Shown piece by piece: positions 9,413 through 17,710 of a stretch of 64,000 bases of DNA. The translations under genes were made by a program, and so were the position numbers. Position 1 is the stretch's first letter. Each line of letters starts with the position of its first letter. Location of the stretch: assembly GCA_963695435.1 (NCBI GenBank), contig OY968788.1, positions 207,424 through 271,423 of the forward strand, read 5' to 3'. The DNA is from an uncultured bacterium. Its GTDB lineage: Bacteria; Patescibacteriota; Kazan-3B-28. The notes under the pieces were generated by a model. It was not told the origin of the DNA. It made no database searches and was given only the letters and a program-made list of their open reading frames with translations.

Positions 9413-9841
9413 ATGAAAAAAAGATTCAGCTACAAATTGCCCCAAATCAATTTAGTCCGTCGGTTCAATTTGCAACCGAAGTCGGCTACTTATTTGATGA
9501 TTGGGTTATTCTTTCTGATAGGCGGCATTTATTTTGTGGTTGTGAATGTGGTATCTAATAAAGGAACTGAATTGCGTCTGCTGGAAGTTTCTAATAAAGA
9601 TATGGAAGCGGAAAACCAGCGTTTGGAAGTGGAAGCGGCGCGATTGAAATCTTTGCAGGTGATTGATGAGGGAGCGAGTGGGAAGGTAGAAGTAGGAGAT
9701 CCCGATAAGACTACGACCAGCCCCACTACCAATACTGTTACCGAGGGGAATACTCAAAAGCTAATTGTGGTAGTGCCTAAACTTGTGCCATCGCAGCATT
9801 ATACCTATCTTCCCAGCTATAGCGCGCTCGCCCAACGCTAA
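9413..9841 (+). CDS. ftsL: FtsL-like cell division protein
   Basis: Single TM helix followed by a coiled coil; sits between rsmH and ftsI. Confidence 0.5.
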   Translation: MKKRFSYKLPQINLVRRFNLQPKSATYLMIGLFFLIGGIYFVVVNVVSNKGTELRLLEVSNKDMEAENQRLEVEAARLKSLQVIDEGASGKVEVGDPDKTTTSPTTNTVTEGNTQKLIVVVPKLVPSQHYTYLPSYSALAQR

Positions 9842-9961
9842 ACAGACTTCAGTCGATAGACTTATAGACGAATAGACAATAGAGGAATAGCCCTCTTTTT
9901 TTATTTCTCATCAGTCCATTAGTCCATGTGTCTATTGGTCAATCGTCTATAATGGGGAGGT

Positions 9962-11695
9962 ATGTTGGATAGAGCCACATCGTTGCAATTCGAACAACGG
10001 TTCCGAATTGGGGTGATCGCTTCCGTCTTTGGGCTGGCGTTTTTTTCGTTGATTTCAATGTTATTTCAGCGACAGGTTATTCAGTATCGTCATTATTCAG
10101 AGATGGCGCAGCAGCAGCATATCAATAGCCAGGTAGTGCCAGCGCAGCGGGGCAAGATATTAGTGGAGGACAGTGATAGTGAATTGTATCCGCTTGGAAC
10201 TAATGTGACTTTGTTTGCGCTGACTGTCGTTCCTGCACAGATTAAAAGGCCGGAACTGGTTGCCAGCAAACTGATGCCGTTTTTGTCGGGTGCAGGGATT
10301 GAGGAAAGCGATTTGATTACAAAGCTTTCTTCAAAATCAAAATACTTGCCGCCTCTAAAAAGGAAGATAGAAGAAAAAGAAGCGCAGGCAATTGCCGATT
10401 TGGATTTGACTGGTGTTTATCTGACGCCGGAGTTGTATCGTTATTATCCCGAAACAACAATGGCAGCGCAGGCGCTGGGATTTGTTAACCGCGACGGAAA
10501 AGGGCAATACGGCGTGGAGGGTTATTTGGATAAACAGCTTGGAGGCAAGGCGGGACTTCTCGAAGCGGAGCAAGATGTTTTTGGTCAGCAGATTGCGCTG
10601 GGCAAAAGGCAAAATGTTGACCCTGAAAACGGTTTGGATGTTGTGCTGACGCTTGATAGAGCAATTCAATATCAGGTGGAAAAGGCGCTGAAGGAAGCGG
10701 TAGAAACACATAAGGCGGACAAGGGGAGCGTGATAGTGATGGACCCAAAAACAGGAAAAATTCTTGCGATGGCGCAGTATCCCAACTTTGATCCGAACAA
10801 TTACAATACATCGGAACTGGAATTGTTTAATAATATGAATACTTCGCAGGTGTACGAGCCGGGCTCGGTATTCAAGGTAATCACAATGGCGGCGGGGATT
10901 GATGCCGGAGTGGTGGCGCCCAGCACGACCTATACCGATCCGGGTGAGGTGAAAATTAGCGACAGAACAATCAAAAACTCGGATAAAGTTTCGCACGGAG
11001 TTCAGACAATGACGCAGGTGCTGGAAAAATCTCTGAACACAGGTGCGATTTTTGTAGTGCAGAAATTAGGGAAAACAGCGTTCCGTAAATATTTGGAACA
11101 ATTTGGTTTCCTTGCGCCGACTGGTGTGGAAATAGCGGGGGAGGTGGCGGCTCAAGTAAAAACGCTTAGAAATTGGGGTGATGTTGATTTGGCGACAATG
11201 TCGTTTGGGCAAGGAATTGCAGTGACGCCAATTCAGATGCTTGCTGCAGTCGGCGCAATTGCGAATGACGGTAAATTGTTGCAGCCGCATATTGTGGACA
11301 GGATTTTGTATCCATCGGGCGCGGTTAGCATCGGGCCGGATGTGAAAGGACAGGCGATTTCCGCGCAGACTGCACAATTACTTTCAGCGATGATGGTGGG
11401 AGTGGTGGAACGTGGTCACGGTACAAAAGCAGGAGTAAAAGGATATTACATTGCAGGAAAAACGGGAACTGCGCAGATTCCTAATCCTAAGAGTGGGGGA
11501 TACATCGCGGAGGGAGTTGGCTCGACCATTGGTACTTTTGTAGGATTTGGGCCAGTAGAAAATCCCAAATTCGTGATGATTACCAGAATTGACCGGCCGA
11601 AAGATGTTGTTTATGCGGAAAGTTCAGCGGCGCCGTTGTTTGGTAAAATTGCGAAGTTTTTGCTCGACTATTGGAGGATTCCACCTACGCGGTAG
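9962..11695 (+). CDS. ftsI: Penicillin-binding protein 2 / FtsI transpeptidase
   Basis: PBP dimerisation region, SVFK (SxxK) and KTGTA motifs; TATAAT and GGGGAGG immediately upstream. Confidence 0.9.
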   Translation: MLDRATSLQFEQRFRIGVIASVFGLAFFSLISMLFQRQVIQYRHYSEMAQQQHINSQVVPAQRGKILVEDSDSELYPLGTNVTLFALTVVPAQIKRPELVASKLMPFLSGAGIEESDLITKLSSKSKYLPPLKRKIEEKEAQAIADLDLTGVYLTPELYRYYPETTMAAQALGFVNRDGKGQYGVEGYLDKQLGGKAGLLEAEQDVFGQQIALGKRQNVDPENGLDVVLTLDRAIQYQVEKALKEAVETHKADKGSVIVMDPKTGKILAMAQYPNFDPNNYNTSELELFNNMNTSQVYEPGSVFKVITMAAGIDAGVVAPSTTYTDPGEVKISDRTIKNSDKVSHGVQTMTQVLEKSLNTGAIFVVQKLGKTAFRKYLEQFGFLAPTGVEIAGEVAAQVKTLRNWGDVDLATMSFGQGIAVTPIQMLAAVGAIANDGKLLQPHIVDRILYPSGAVSIGPDVKGQAISAQTAQLLSAMMVGVVERGHGTKAGVKGYYIAGKTGTAQIPNPKSGGYIAEGVGSTIGTFVGFGPVENPKFVMITRIDRPKDVVYAESSAAPLFGKIAKFLLDYWRIPPTR

Positions 11696-12060
11696 CATTA
11701 TTTTTCTCTTTTTTCTTTTCGTCATTCTGGCTTGACCAGAATCTTATAGTATCTTTTTATGTTTTGTTTCAAGGGTCTGCGCGACCCTTGTACCGCGGTT
11801 ACTTTGTCTTGCCAAAGTAACCAAAGCGCTTGCCCACGTCGTCGGAACTATCAATTGGCAAAAATCATCTTTCCGCTAATGGTCGAAACTCGGTCGTAGC
11901 CACTCCCTCAAACATCTCCCCGCGGCGATGATTTTACTCAATTGATTACGTTCCTCCTCCTATGGCATGAAGACAGAAGGGAAAAGGCGACAATGGCGGA
12001 TAGAACAGGGGTGGCTAACTATTTATTGTCTGGGGGCGGTTTTTTGCGTATTATAGGAGA
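11696..12060 (+). repeat. Mosaic intergenic repeat element, locus L1 (modules M1-M2-M3-M4)
   Basis: ttttcttttcGTCAT + hairpin, gggtctgcgcgaccc palindrome, cggttactttg..caaagtaacc hairpin, ctaatggtcgaaactcggtcg, aatggcggatagaacaggggtgg; the same modules recur at 41.3, 57.9, 15.6 and 14.4 kb. Confidence 0.75.
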
Positions 12061-13293
12061 GTGAAAAAGTTCATACTCAATCTGTTTGGGTGGTTGGCGG
12101 GTCAGATTGCCCGTAAGTATCAGGTGAAGATAGTTGCCGTCACCGGAAGCGTGGGTAAGACCACTACCAAGGAGGCGGTGTTTGCCGTGCTGAAGCAAGC
12201 GTATCTAGTCCAGCGTAGTTTGTACAACGCCAACACCGAGTGGGGAATTACAGCGTCTGTAATCGACCCTGGATTTGAGCCATCGTTTACTGAATCGGGA
12301 AAAGCGCGGATAAGTTTGACGCAACTTGTCTCTTTGAAATTTAAGGGACTATGGAAATTAATAACGAAGCAAAATTATCCCGCCGTGCTGGTTTTGGAAA
12401 TGGCGGCGGACAGGCCAAATGATATTCGCTGGTTCAACCGCTGGTTTGATTATGATGTGGCGGTAATTACCACGATCGGTGATTCGCATTTGGAGTTTTA
12501 TAAAAGTCAGGAAGAACTGACAGCGGAAAAATTGTCGCTTACTAAAAAATTGAAACCGCGAGGGCTTGCGGTGATCAATGGCGGATGTGAAAGATGTCAG
12601 GGGTTGGTTTTGGCTGATTCACAAAGAAAAGTGACCTTTGGGTGGAACGAGCAAAGTAACTATTGGGCGGAAACGACGGGAGAAAGTAATTATATTTTGC
12701 ACAGTCCTGCAGATAAATTTGAAGTGAAGTTGCCTGTGGGGCGTCAATTTGTACCGGCGGCGCTGGTTGCCTTTGCGGTGGGAGAGGAGTTTGGACTGAC
12801 GGCAGAACAAATCAAAAAAGGGCTGGAAGAATTTCAGCCAATCAGTGGTCGTTTCCAAATTCAACACGCTCCTATGTGGACTATTATTGATGACACTTAC
12901 AATGCCAGTCCTGAATCGATGCGATTGGCGCTGATGAGCTTGAAAGATGTTGCGCGGGGCAGAAAAGTTGCGATTTTGGGTGGTATGAGAGAGCTCGGGA
13001 GTGCGACTGAAGAAGGGCACCGACAAGTAGGACAGTGGGCGGCGAAACAAGTTGGTCTACTTATTGTAGTAGGCAAAGATGCCGAGTTGATTGCGGAGGG
13101 TGCAATATCGGCTGGGATGTTGCAGGAAAATGTAGTAAAAATTTCGTGGGATGAAAATAATCCCAGTGTTGATTCGGCTATCTCCCAGATTTTGCCCATA
13201 TTAGAGGAAGGTGATACCGTATTAGTAAAGGCCTCTCGAGCGTTGCATTTGGATCGCTTGGTGGAGAGATTGTCGGCACAAAAGAAGATTTAG
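12061..13293 (+). CDS. murF: UDP-MurNAc-tripeptide--D-alanyl-D-alanine ligase (short N-terminus)
   Basis: GSVGKTTTKE P-loop already at residue about 29; C-terminus ..GDTVLVKASRAL is MurF-like; directly upstream of mraY; GTG start. Confidence 0.7.
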   Translation: MKKFILNLFGWLAGQIARKYQVKIVAVTGSVGKTTTKEAVFAVLKQAYLVQRSLYNANTEWGITASVIDPGFEPSFTESGKARISLTQLVSLKFKGLWKLITKQNYPAVLVLEMAADRPNDIRWFNRWFDYDVAVITTIGDSHLEFYKSQEELTAEKLSLTKKLKPRGLAVINGGCERCQGLVLADSQRKVTFGWNEQSNYWAETTGESNYILHSPADKFEVKLPVGRQFVPAALVAFAVGEEFGLTAEQIKKGLEEFQPISGRFQIQHAPMWTIIDDTYNASPESMRLALMSLKDVARGRKVAILGGMRELGSATEEGHRQVGQWAAKQVGLLIVVGKDAELIAEGAISAGMLQENVVKISWDENNPSVDSAISQILPILEEGDTVLVKASRALHLDRLVERLSAQKKI

Positions 13294-13294
13294 T

Positions 13295-14326
13295 ATGTCA
13301 GAAACCCTTCTCCAAACAGAACTTTTACGGGTATTCATTATCTCGATGATAGGGTTTTTTGTAGCCCTTCTCGCAACGCCCTTTTGGGCGAATTTTTTAT
13401 TTAAATACCGTTTTTGGAAAAAGCCAAAAGAGGAAACTTTGTACGGTACTCAAGCGACTGTGTTTCAACAATTGCATGGAGAAAAACATCGGCGGAATAT
13501 TCCGACAATGGCGGGAATTTTGTATTGGCTGATCGTGATTTTGGTTTCGCTGAAATTCAATCTTACTCGCTCGCAAACTTATTTGCCGTTATTTGCGCTT
13601 TTGTCGGTTGGTATTATCGGTGCAATTGACGATTGGTTTAATATTCGCGGAATTGGCGGAGTGAAAGGAATTCGGGCGCGGCACAAAATGCTGTGGCTTT
13701 TTGTAGTGGCGGGGCTTGGGGCATGGTGGTTTTTCTATAAGCTTGGTTTCAACGCATTTCATTTTCCCGGAGTCGGAGACTTCATTGTGGGTTGGTGGTA
13801 TATCCCGATTTTCATTTTTGTGATTCTGGCGGTGGCGAATGCTTTCAATATTACTGATGGACTAGACGGACTTTCGGGTGGTTTGTTTATAATCGCTTTC
13901 AGCTCTTACGGCGTATTGGCGCTGGTGAACAATCAAGTGAGTTTGGCGATTTTCTGCGGAACGGTTGTGGGAGTATTGCTGGCTTATCTTTGGTTCAATA
14001 TCTTCCCTGCCCGATTCTTCGGAGGGGATACTTATGCGCTGGCGTTTGGTGCCACTCTAGGTGTGGTTGCGATGTTGATTAAAGGCGGGGTGGGAATGGC
14101 GGTGCTTCCGTTCGTTGCTTTTATTCCAATGATTGAAACTTTTTCCGTTTTGCTTCAGCTGGTATGGCGCAAAGTGTATAAACGCAAACTATTCTTGATT
14201 GCGCCATTACATCATCATTTTGAGGCGATTGGTTGGCCGGAGCCGAAAGTGACGATGAGATTTTGGGTGATAGGGGCTGCGCTAGCGACAATCGGAGTCG
14301 TAATCGGAATGTTGGGAGCCGTGTAG
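13295..14326 (+). CDS. mraY: Phospho-N-acetylmuramoyl-pentapeptide transferase
   Basis: NAFNITDGLDGL and about 10 TM helices. Confidence 0.9.
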   Translation: MSETLLQTELLRVFIISMIGFFVALLATPFWANFLFKYRFWKKPKEETLYGTQATVFQQLHGEKHRRNIPTMAGILYWLIVILVSLKFNLTRSQTYLPLFALLSVGIIGAIDDWFNIRGIGGVKGIRARHKMLWLFVVAGLGAWWFFYKLGFNAFHFPGVGDFIVGWWYIPIFIFVILAVANAFNITDGLDGLSGGLFIIAFSSYGVLALVNNQVSLAIFCGTVVGVLLAYLWFNIFPARFFGGDTYALAFGATLGVVAMLIKGGVGMAVLPFVAFIPMIETFSVLLQLVWRKVYKRKLFLIAPLHHHFEAIGWPEPKVTMRFWVIGAALATIGVVIGMLGAV

Positions 14327-14329
14327 TTT

Positions 14330-14639
14330 TTCTTTTTGGTTTTTTTATTCTTTTTCTTTAATTTGTTTTTGTTCTAAACGGGCACATCCCCGTTTAATCG
14401 GATGGGTTCTTTTTGCTTGTCCAAAAAGAACCACAAAAAAGACACTCCACTCACAAATATGCTATCCAAAATAGAAAATCACCCTTTCTGGACTATACGC
14501 TATACTCCTCGCCTACGGCTCGTCAAACAGACGCTATCCATACCGGCTGATTTTCTAATTGGATAACGCAATTTGCTCGATGGGATGGGGAAGAAAGCGA
14601 CAATGGCGGAGGAAGACAGGGGTGGGGTATAATTCAAAC
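14330..14639 (+). repeat. Mosaic intergenic repeat element, locus L2 (modules M5 and M4)
   Basis: ctttctggactatacgctatactc..acgctatccataccgg shared with 58.1 kb; gcgacaatggcggaggaagacaggggtgggg shared with 11.98 kb. Confidence 0.7.
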
Positions 14640-15350
14640 ATGGAACTAAGAGATAAGGTTATTATTATCACGGGGAGTAGCGATGGTATAGGTCGCCAGA
14701 TAGCTTTGAGGTTGGCTCTGCACCAACCAGTTTTGGCATTGGTGTCTCGAGATGAAGAAAGGTTAGCGGAAGTGAAAGAAGAAGTGGAGAAGGTAGGAGC
14801 TAAAAAGGTTCAAATTTATCCTTGCGATATTCGTGATACTAAGCGTTTAGACGAGACAACTCGGCGTATTATTTCAGACTTAGGTGAGGTAGATGTACTT
14901 ATTAATAATGCGGGGATTTGGCATAAGCGAGGATCTATTGAAGAGTTAGGCGCGGACTTGGTAGATGATGTTATCCAGACTAATTTAATTGGGGCTATTC
15001 ATTTGACTAGATTGATTTTGCCCTATCTCAAGAAACAGCCAGAGGCGGCAATTATTAATGTTGTGTCTAAGTCTGGGCTGGTAGCGCAAGAAGGACAATC
15101 GGTTTATTCGGCTAGCAAATATGGTCTAAGAGGATTTACAGATGTTCTTAAGGAGGATTTGAAAGATTCAAATGTGAAAGTAGCTGGTGTCTATCAAGGA
15201 GGAGTCAACACACGACTTTTTGCTAAGGCAGGTGAAGAGGGAGTACCGACAGAAACATTTACGGACCCTGCTGATTTAGCAGATGTAATAGTGTTTATGC
15301 TAACTCGGCCTCCTCGGATATGGTTACATGATGTTGAGATAGGACGATGA
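14640..15350 (+). CDS. SDR family oxidoreductase
   Basis: IIITGSSDGIGRQIA Rossmann motif, YSASKYG catalytic motif; TATAAT at 14628-33 only 6 nt before the ATG (possibly leaderless). The ORF track start at 14559 lies inside a repeat module. Confidence 0.8.
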   Translation: MELRDKVIIITGSSDGIGRQIALRLALHQPVLALVSRDEERLAEVKEEVEKVGAKKVQIYPCDIRDTKRLDETTRRIISDLGEVDVLINNAGIWHKRGSIEELGADLVDDVIQTNLIGAIHLTRLILPYLKKQPEAAIINVVSKSGLVAQEGQSVYSASKYGLRGFTDVLKEDLKDSNVKVAGVYQGGVNTRLFAKAGEEGVPTETFTDPADLADVIVFMLTRPPRIWLHDVEIGR

Positions 15351-15379
15351 GTTTAAATTGAGAAAGGAAAGACTAAATT

Positions 15380-15532
15380 ATGAACAAGTGGGTGTGGATA
15401 GGAATCATTATCATTGTTCTGCTGGCGATTTTGCGGTTTTGGACGCCAGAGGATACTTGGATATGTCAAAACGGCCAGTGGCTGAAACATGGGAACCCGA
15501 CGGCGGATATGCCGTCGAGGGTTTGTAAATAA
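15380..15532 (+). CDS. Small membrane protein (50 aa)
   Basis: RBS aaaggaaag, hydrophobic MNKWVWIGIIIIVLLAILRFW.., stop at 15530-32; hairpin gctgactgccgtcagc after it. Confidence 0.3.
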   Translation: MNKWVWIGIIIIVLLAILRFWTPEDTWICQNGQWLKHGNPTADMPSRVCK

Positions 15533-15948
15533 ATTTTGTATTGCTGACTGCCGTCAGCTAGGACCGAGCGCCAAATCGCGCTCGACCGATTCCCGCTTTG
15601 GCAAGGCATAAGCGGGACAAATCGCCGGCCTGCGGCTTCAGGTCTATTCAATGGCAAAATTGCCTTTCCACTAATGGTCGAAACTCGTCGCTTGCCAGCT
15701 CCTCAAACATCTCCCCGTGGCGGCAATTTTGCTCATTTCAGTACGACCTTACGCCGAAAGGCCGAGAGAAAAACAAAGGGCAGGCTCCAATGGCGGATAG
15801 AGGAGGGGGGAAATCTTGACTGGGAGCGGGTTTTCTGCTACCTTGGGGGTGTAGACGATTGTGCCTACCCAACCCTGAGGAGGCGGTTCACCCGCAAGCT
15901 CCGGAAACCGGAGAGCCTCGCAGATAGTTGGTTTGAAAAGGAGACTTC
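15533..15948 (+). repeat. Mosaic intergenic repeat element, locus L3 (modules M7-M3-M4-M6), leader of DGR1 target
   Basis: gaccgagcgccaaatcgcgctcgaccgatt + hairpin, ctaatggtcgaaactcg, aatggcggatagaggagggggg, cttgactgggagcgggttttctg. Confidence 0.7.
15816..15844 (+). promoter_or_regulatory. Promoter TTGACT-N17-TACCTT with GAGCGGGTTTT spacer (copy 3 of 4), about 105 nt upstream of the DGR1 target
   Basis: cttgactgggagcgggttttctgctacctt, almost identical to 58219-58247. Confidence 0.5.
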
Positions 15949-16843
15949 AATGGATAAGAAGTCAATTACTGCGGCTCAAATCAAGCAAATTGTGGGCTTT
16001 GTTCGCGATGTTGTCTCAACGCTTGGTTTGGGATTCTCTCAAGTGCAGGCGTTCATCAGTGATGCCAATCAGGTGGCTAAGTTCAAGGAGGGAATCAAAA
16101 ACCTTCTGCAGGAAATGATTGCTTCCAATCCGTTTGCTAAGGAGCGGGTCAAGCAGGCTTGGTTCTATCCAAAGAACTGGAAGTCCAAGAGCATAAGTGA
16201 GCAACTGGTCAAGCTCACCGACCTTTTCCAGAGTATCGACTTATCGCAGGTCGAAGCTTTGATGGATAAGGTGATTGTGCAGAAGCTCGCTGATGGCGTC
16301 GTCATCCTCCCCAAGCTCTCGTTCTTGGCTAAACTGTGGAGTATACCTGATCCCTATGGGGAAGGTTATGGTTTTGTCTGCGAGAAGCTATTCGGGCGCA
16401 TTGCCGTTAGCCGTGCTTTCTACAACTACCGAGCTGGGCAAATGGATGCGAAGCATATTCGTATCCATCAAGAAGTTCGCAACTTGCTGGAAAAGTTGGA
16501 AGCGGAGACTCCGGGTGATGTTCTCGTCTTGCCCTTCGACTTCGGGGGGTTATATGCGGGATGGAGCCCGCGAGCTGCTCGGTGGGAAGCACTGAACAAT
16601 AGTCAGCTTCCGCTGATTACGGCTCAAGTCGCTTGCCTTTTGCTGACTATGCCGGATCGACTTACCACTTGGGAGCAACTCTTTATTGACTGCTCTGGCG
16701 ATGAATGGGACTGGCTCGCTGTCGGCTGCTGGGCGGATTGCCCGTGCTTCGACTTCCGCAGCGGCGAGCTTTTGTTCGACGACGGGGGCGCTGGCTACGC
16801 CGGTGGCCGCGATGGGTCGGCGGTGGCTTTTCTCGGAGTGTAG
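15949..16843 (+). CDS. DGR1 variable (target) protein; C-terminal 43 codons are the VR
   Basis: RBS aaaggagact then ATG; C-terminus ..AVGCWADCPCFDFRSGELLFDDGGAGYAGGRDGSAVAFLGV is encoded by VR1; the ORF track upstream extension (15674) lies in the repeat/promoter region. Confidence 0.8.
16711..16839 (+). repeat. DGR1 variable repeat (VR1)
   Basis: 129 nt aligned to TR1 with 23 differences, 22 at TR adenines; 3' 39 nt identical (IMH-like GC-rich end). Confidence 0.9.
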
Positions 16844-16894
16844 CGACTTGGGGATTGGTCATTGCAACTTTTGAACATTGCGTTTGCTTTTCAG

Positions 16895-16924
16895 AGCGGC
16901 GGGTGGAAACACCCGCCGCTTTTT
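16895..16924 (+). terminator. Rho-independent terminator / GC hairpin about 55 nt downstream of VR1
   Basis: agcggcgggtg gaaa cacccgccgct tttt. Confidence 0.65.
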
Positions 16925-17154
16925 GCTGTAAAATACTTATGAAAGTAGGCAGTGAGATTAAGTTTACGGACTTAGTCCGCCGAAATTGTGTCACAAGCAC
17001 TGGCTAGAGTTCGGTAAAAATATTTTGCCGAAGAATGCCAACTTGAGAATTAGACACTCCTTGCCTCTCGCAAGTTTGAGGGTAAAACCCCCGTATAAAA
17101 TACAGCGAAGCTATGATTTTAGCTCGCAGTGGTGCGGATAGTGTAGAGGCAATG

Positions 17155-17283
17155 CTGGAACGCTGACGGCAACTGGGCGAATTGCCCGTACTTCAACTTC
17201 AACAACGGCGAGCTTAAGTTCGACAACAGGGACGCTGACTACGCCAATGACAACTATGGGTCGGCGGTGGCTTTTCTCGGAGT
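17155..17283 (+). repeat. DGR1 template repeat (TR1)
   Basis: A-rich AAC-codon-rich copy of VR1; differs from VR1 essentially only where TR has A. Confidence 0.9.
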
Positions 17284-17285
17284 TG

Positions 17286-17600
17286 CTAATTTTCTAAACT
17301 GCGTATCCATCCGCCTAGCATACGGCCAATCTCTTGCAGAATCGTTTCGAGTGCGAGATATCGTTTTTGATCAAGAGAGTTGATGTCGAATGATAGGCGG
17401 ATTAGCAGTTTCAAAATATCCAGTTCGGCATTACTGGCAGTTAGATAAGTTCGTCTTGCACTTTTTTCTGTTCTGGTGGCTATAGTAACGGAATATAGCA
17501 AGTCGAGTGTCTTGGTTTGAATGATTTGACCGAGAGAATACTTCTCGGACTTGGGGAACTTTTGTACAGTGTCATGAAGAAGTCGGTAAAATTCATACAA
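17286..17600 (-). CDS. avd: DGR accessory variability determinant (Avd), four-helix-bundle protein
   Basis: 104 aa; C-terminus ..LQEIGRMLGGWIRSLEN resembles Bordetella phage bAvd ..EVGRILGSWIARV; member of the 23S rRNA-IVS four-helix-bundle family; abuts TR1. Confidence 0.8.
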   Translation of the reverse strand: MYEFYRLLHDTVQKFPKSEKYSLGQIIQTKTLDLLYSVTIATRTEKSARRTYLTASNAELDILKLLIRLSFDINSLDQKRYLALETILQEIGRMLGGWIRSLEN

Positions 17601-17634
17601 TTTCAGAACAATCGGGATTTCTCCAAATCCGTCC

Positions 17635-17645
17635 GGGGGGGGGGG
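17635..17645 (+). repeat. G11 homopolymer inside the RT1 5' region
   Basis: gtccGGGGGGGGGGGttagt; separates an upstream ATG (17574, different frame) from the RT frame. Confidence 0.9.
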
Positions 17646-17710
17646 TTAGTGGGAAAGTTATTTTCCATAACGGCGTTTTCTCCGAAATAATTTCATTAGA
17701 GAATTTATTT

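Noticed and set aside
14559-15819. N-terminal extension of the SDR ORF (14559-14639) and the ORF 15598-15819
   Set aside because: Both run through conserved repeat modules (M4/M5/M7) that recur in non-coding contexts elsewhere, so they are probably not translated. The SDR has a clean start at 14640 right after a TATAAT.
16683-17007. Overlapping ORFs 16683-17000 (-), 16686-16874 (+), 16705-17007 (+) around VR1 and its terminator
   Set aside because: GC-rich region with a long hairpin, and they overlap the real target gene C-terminus. No independent support.
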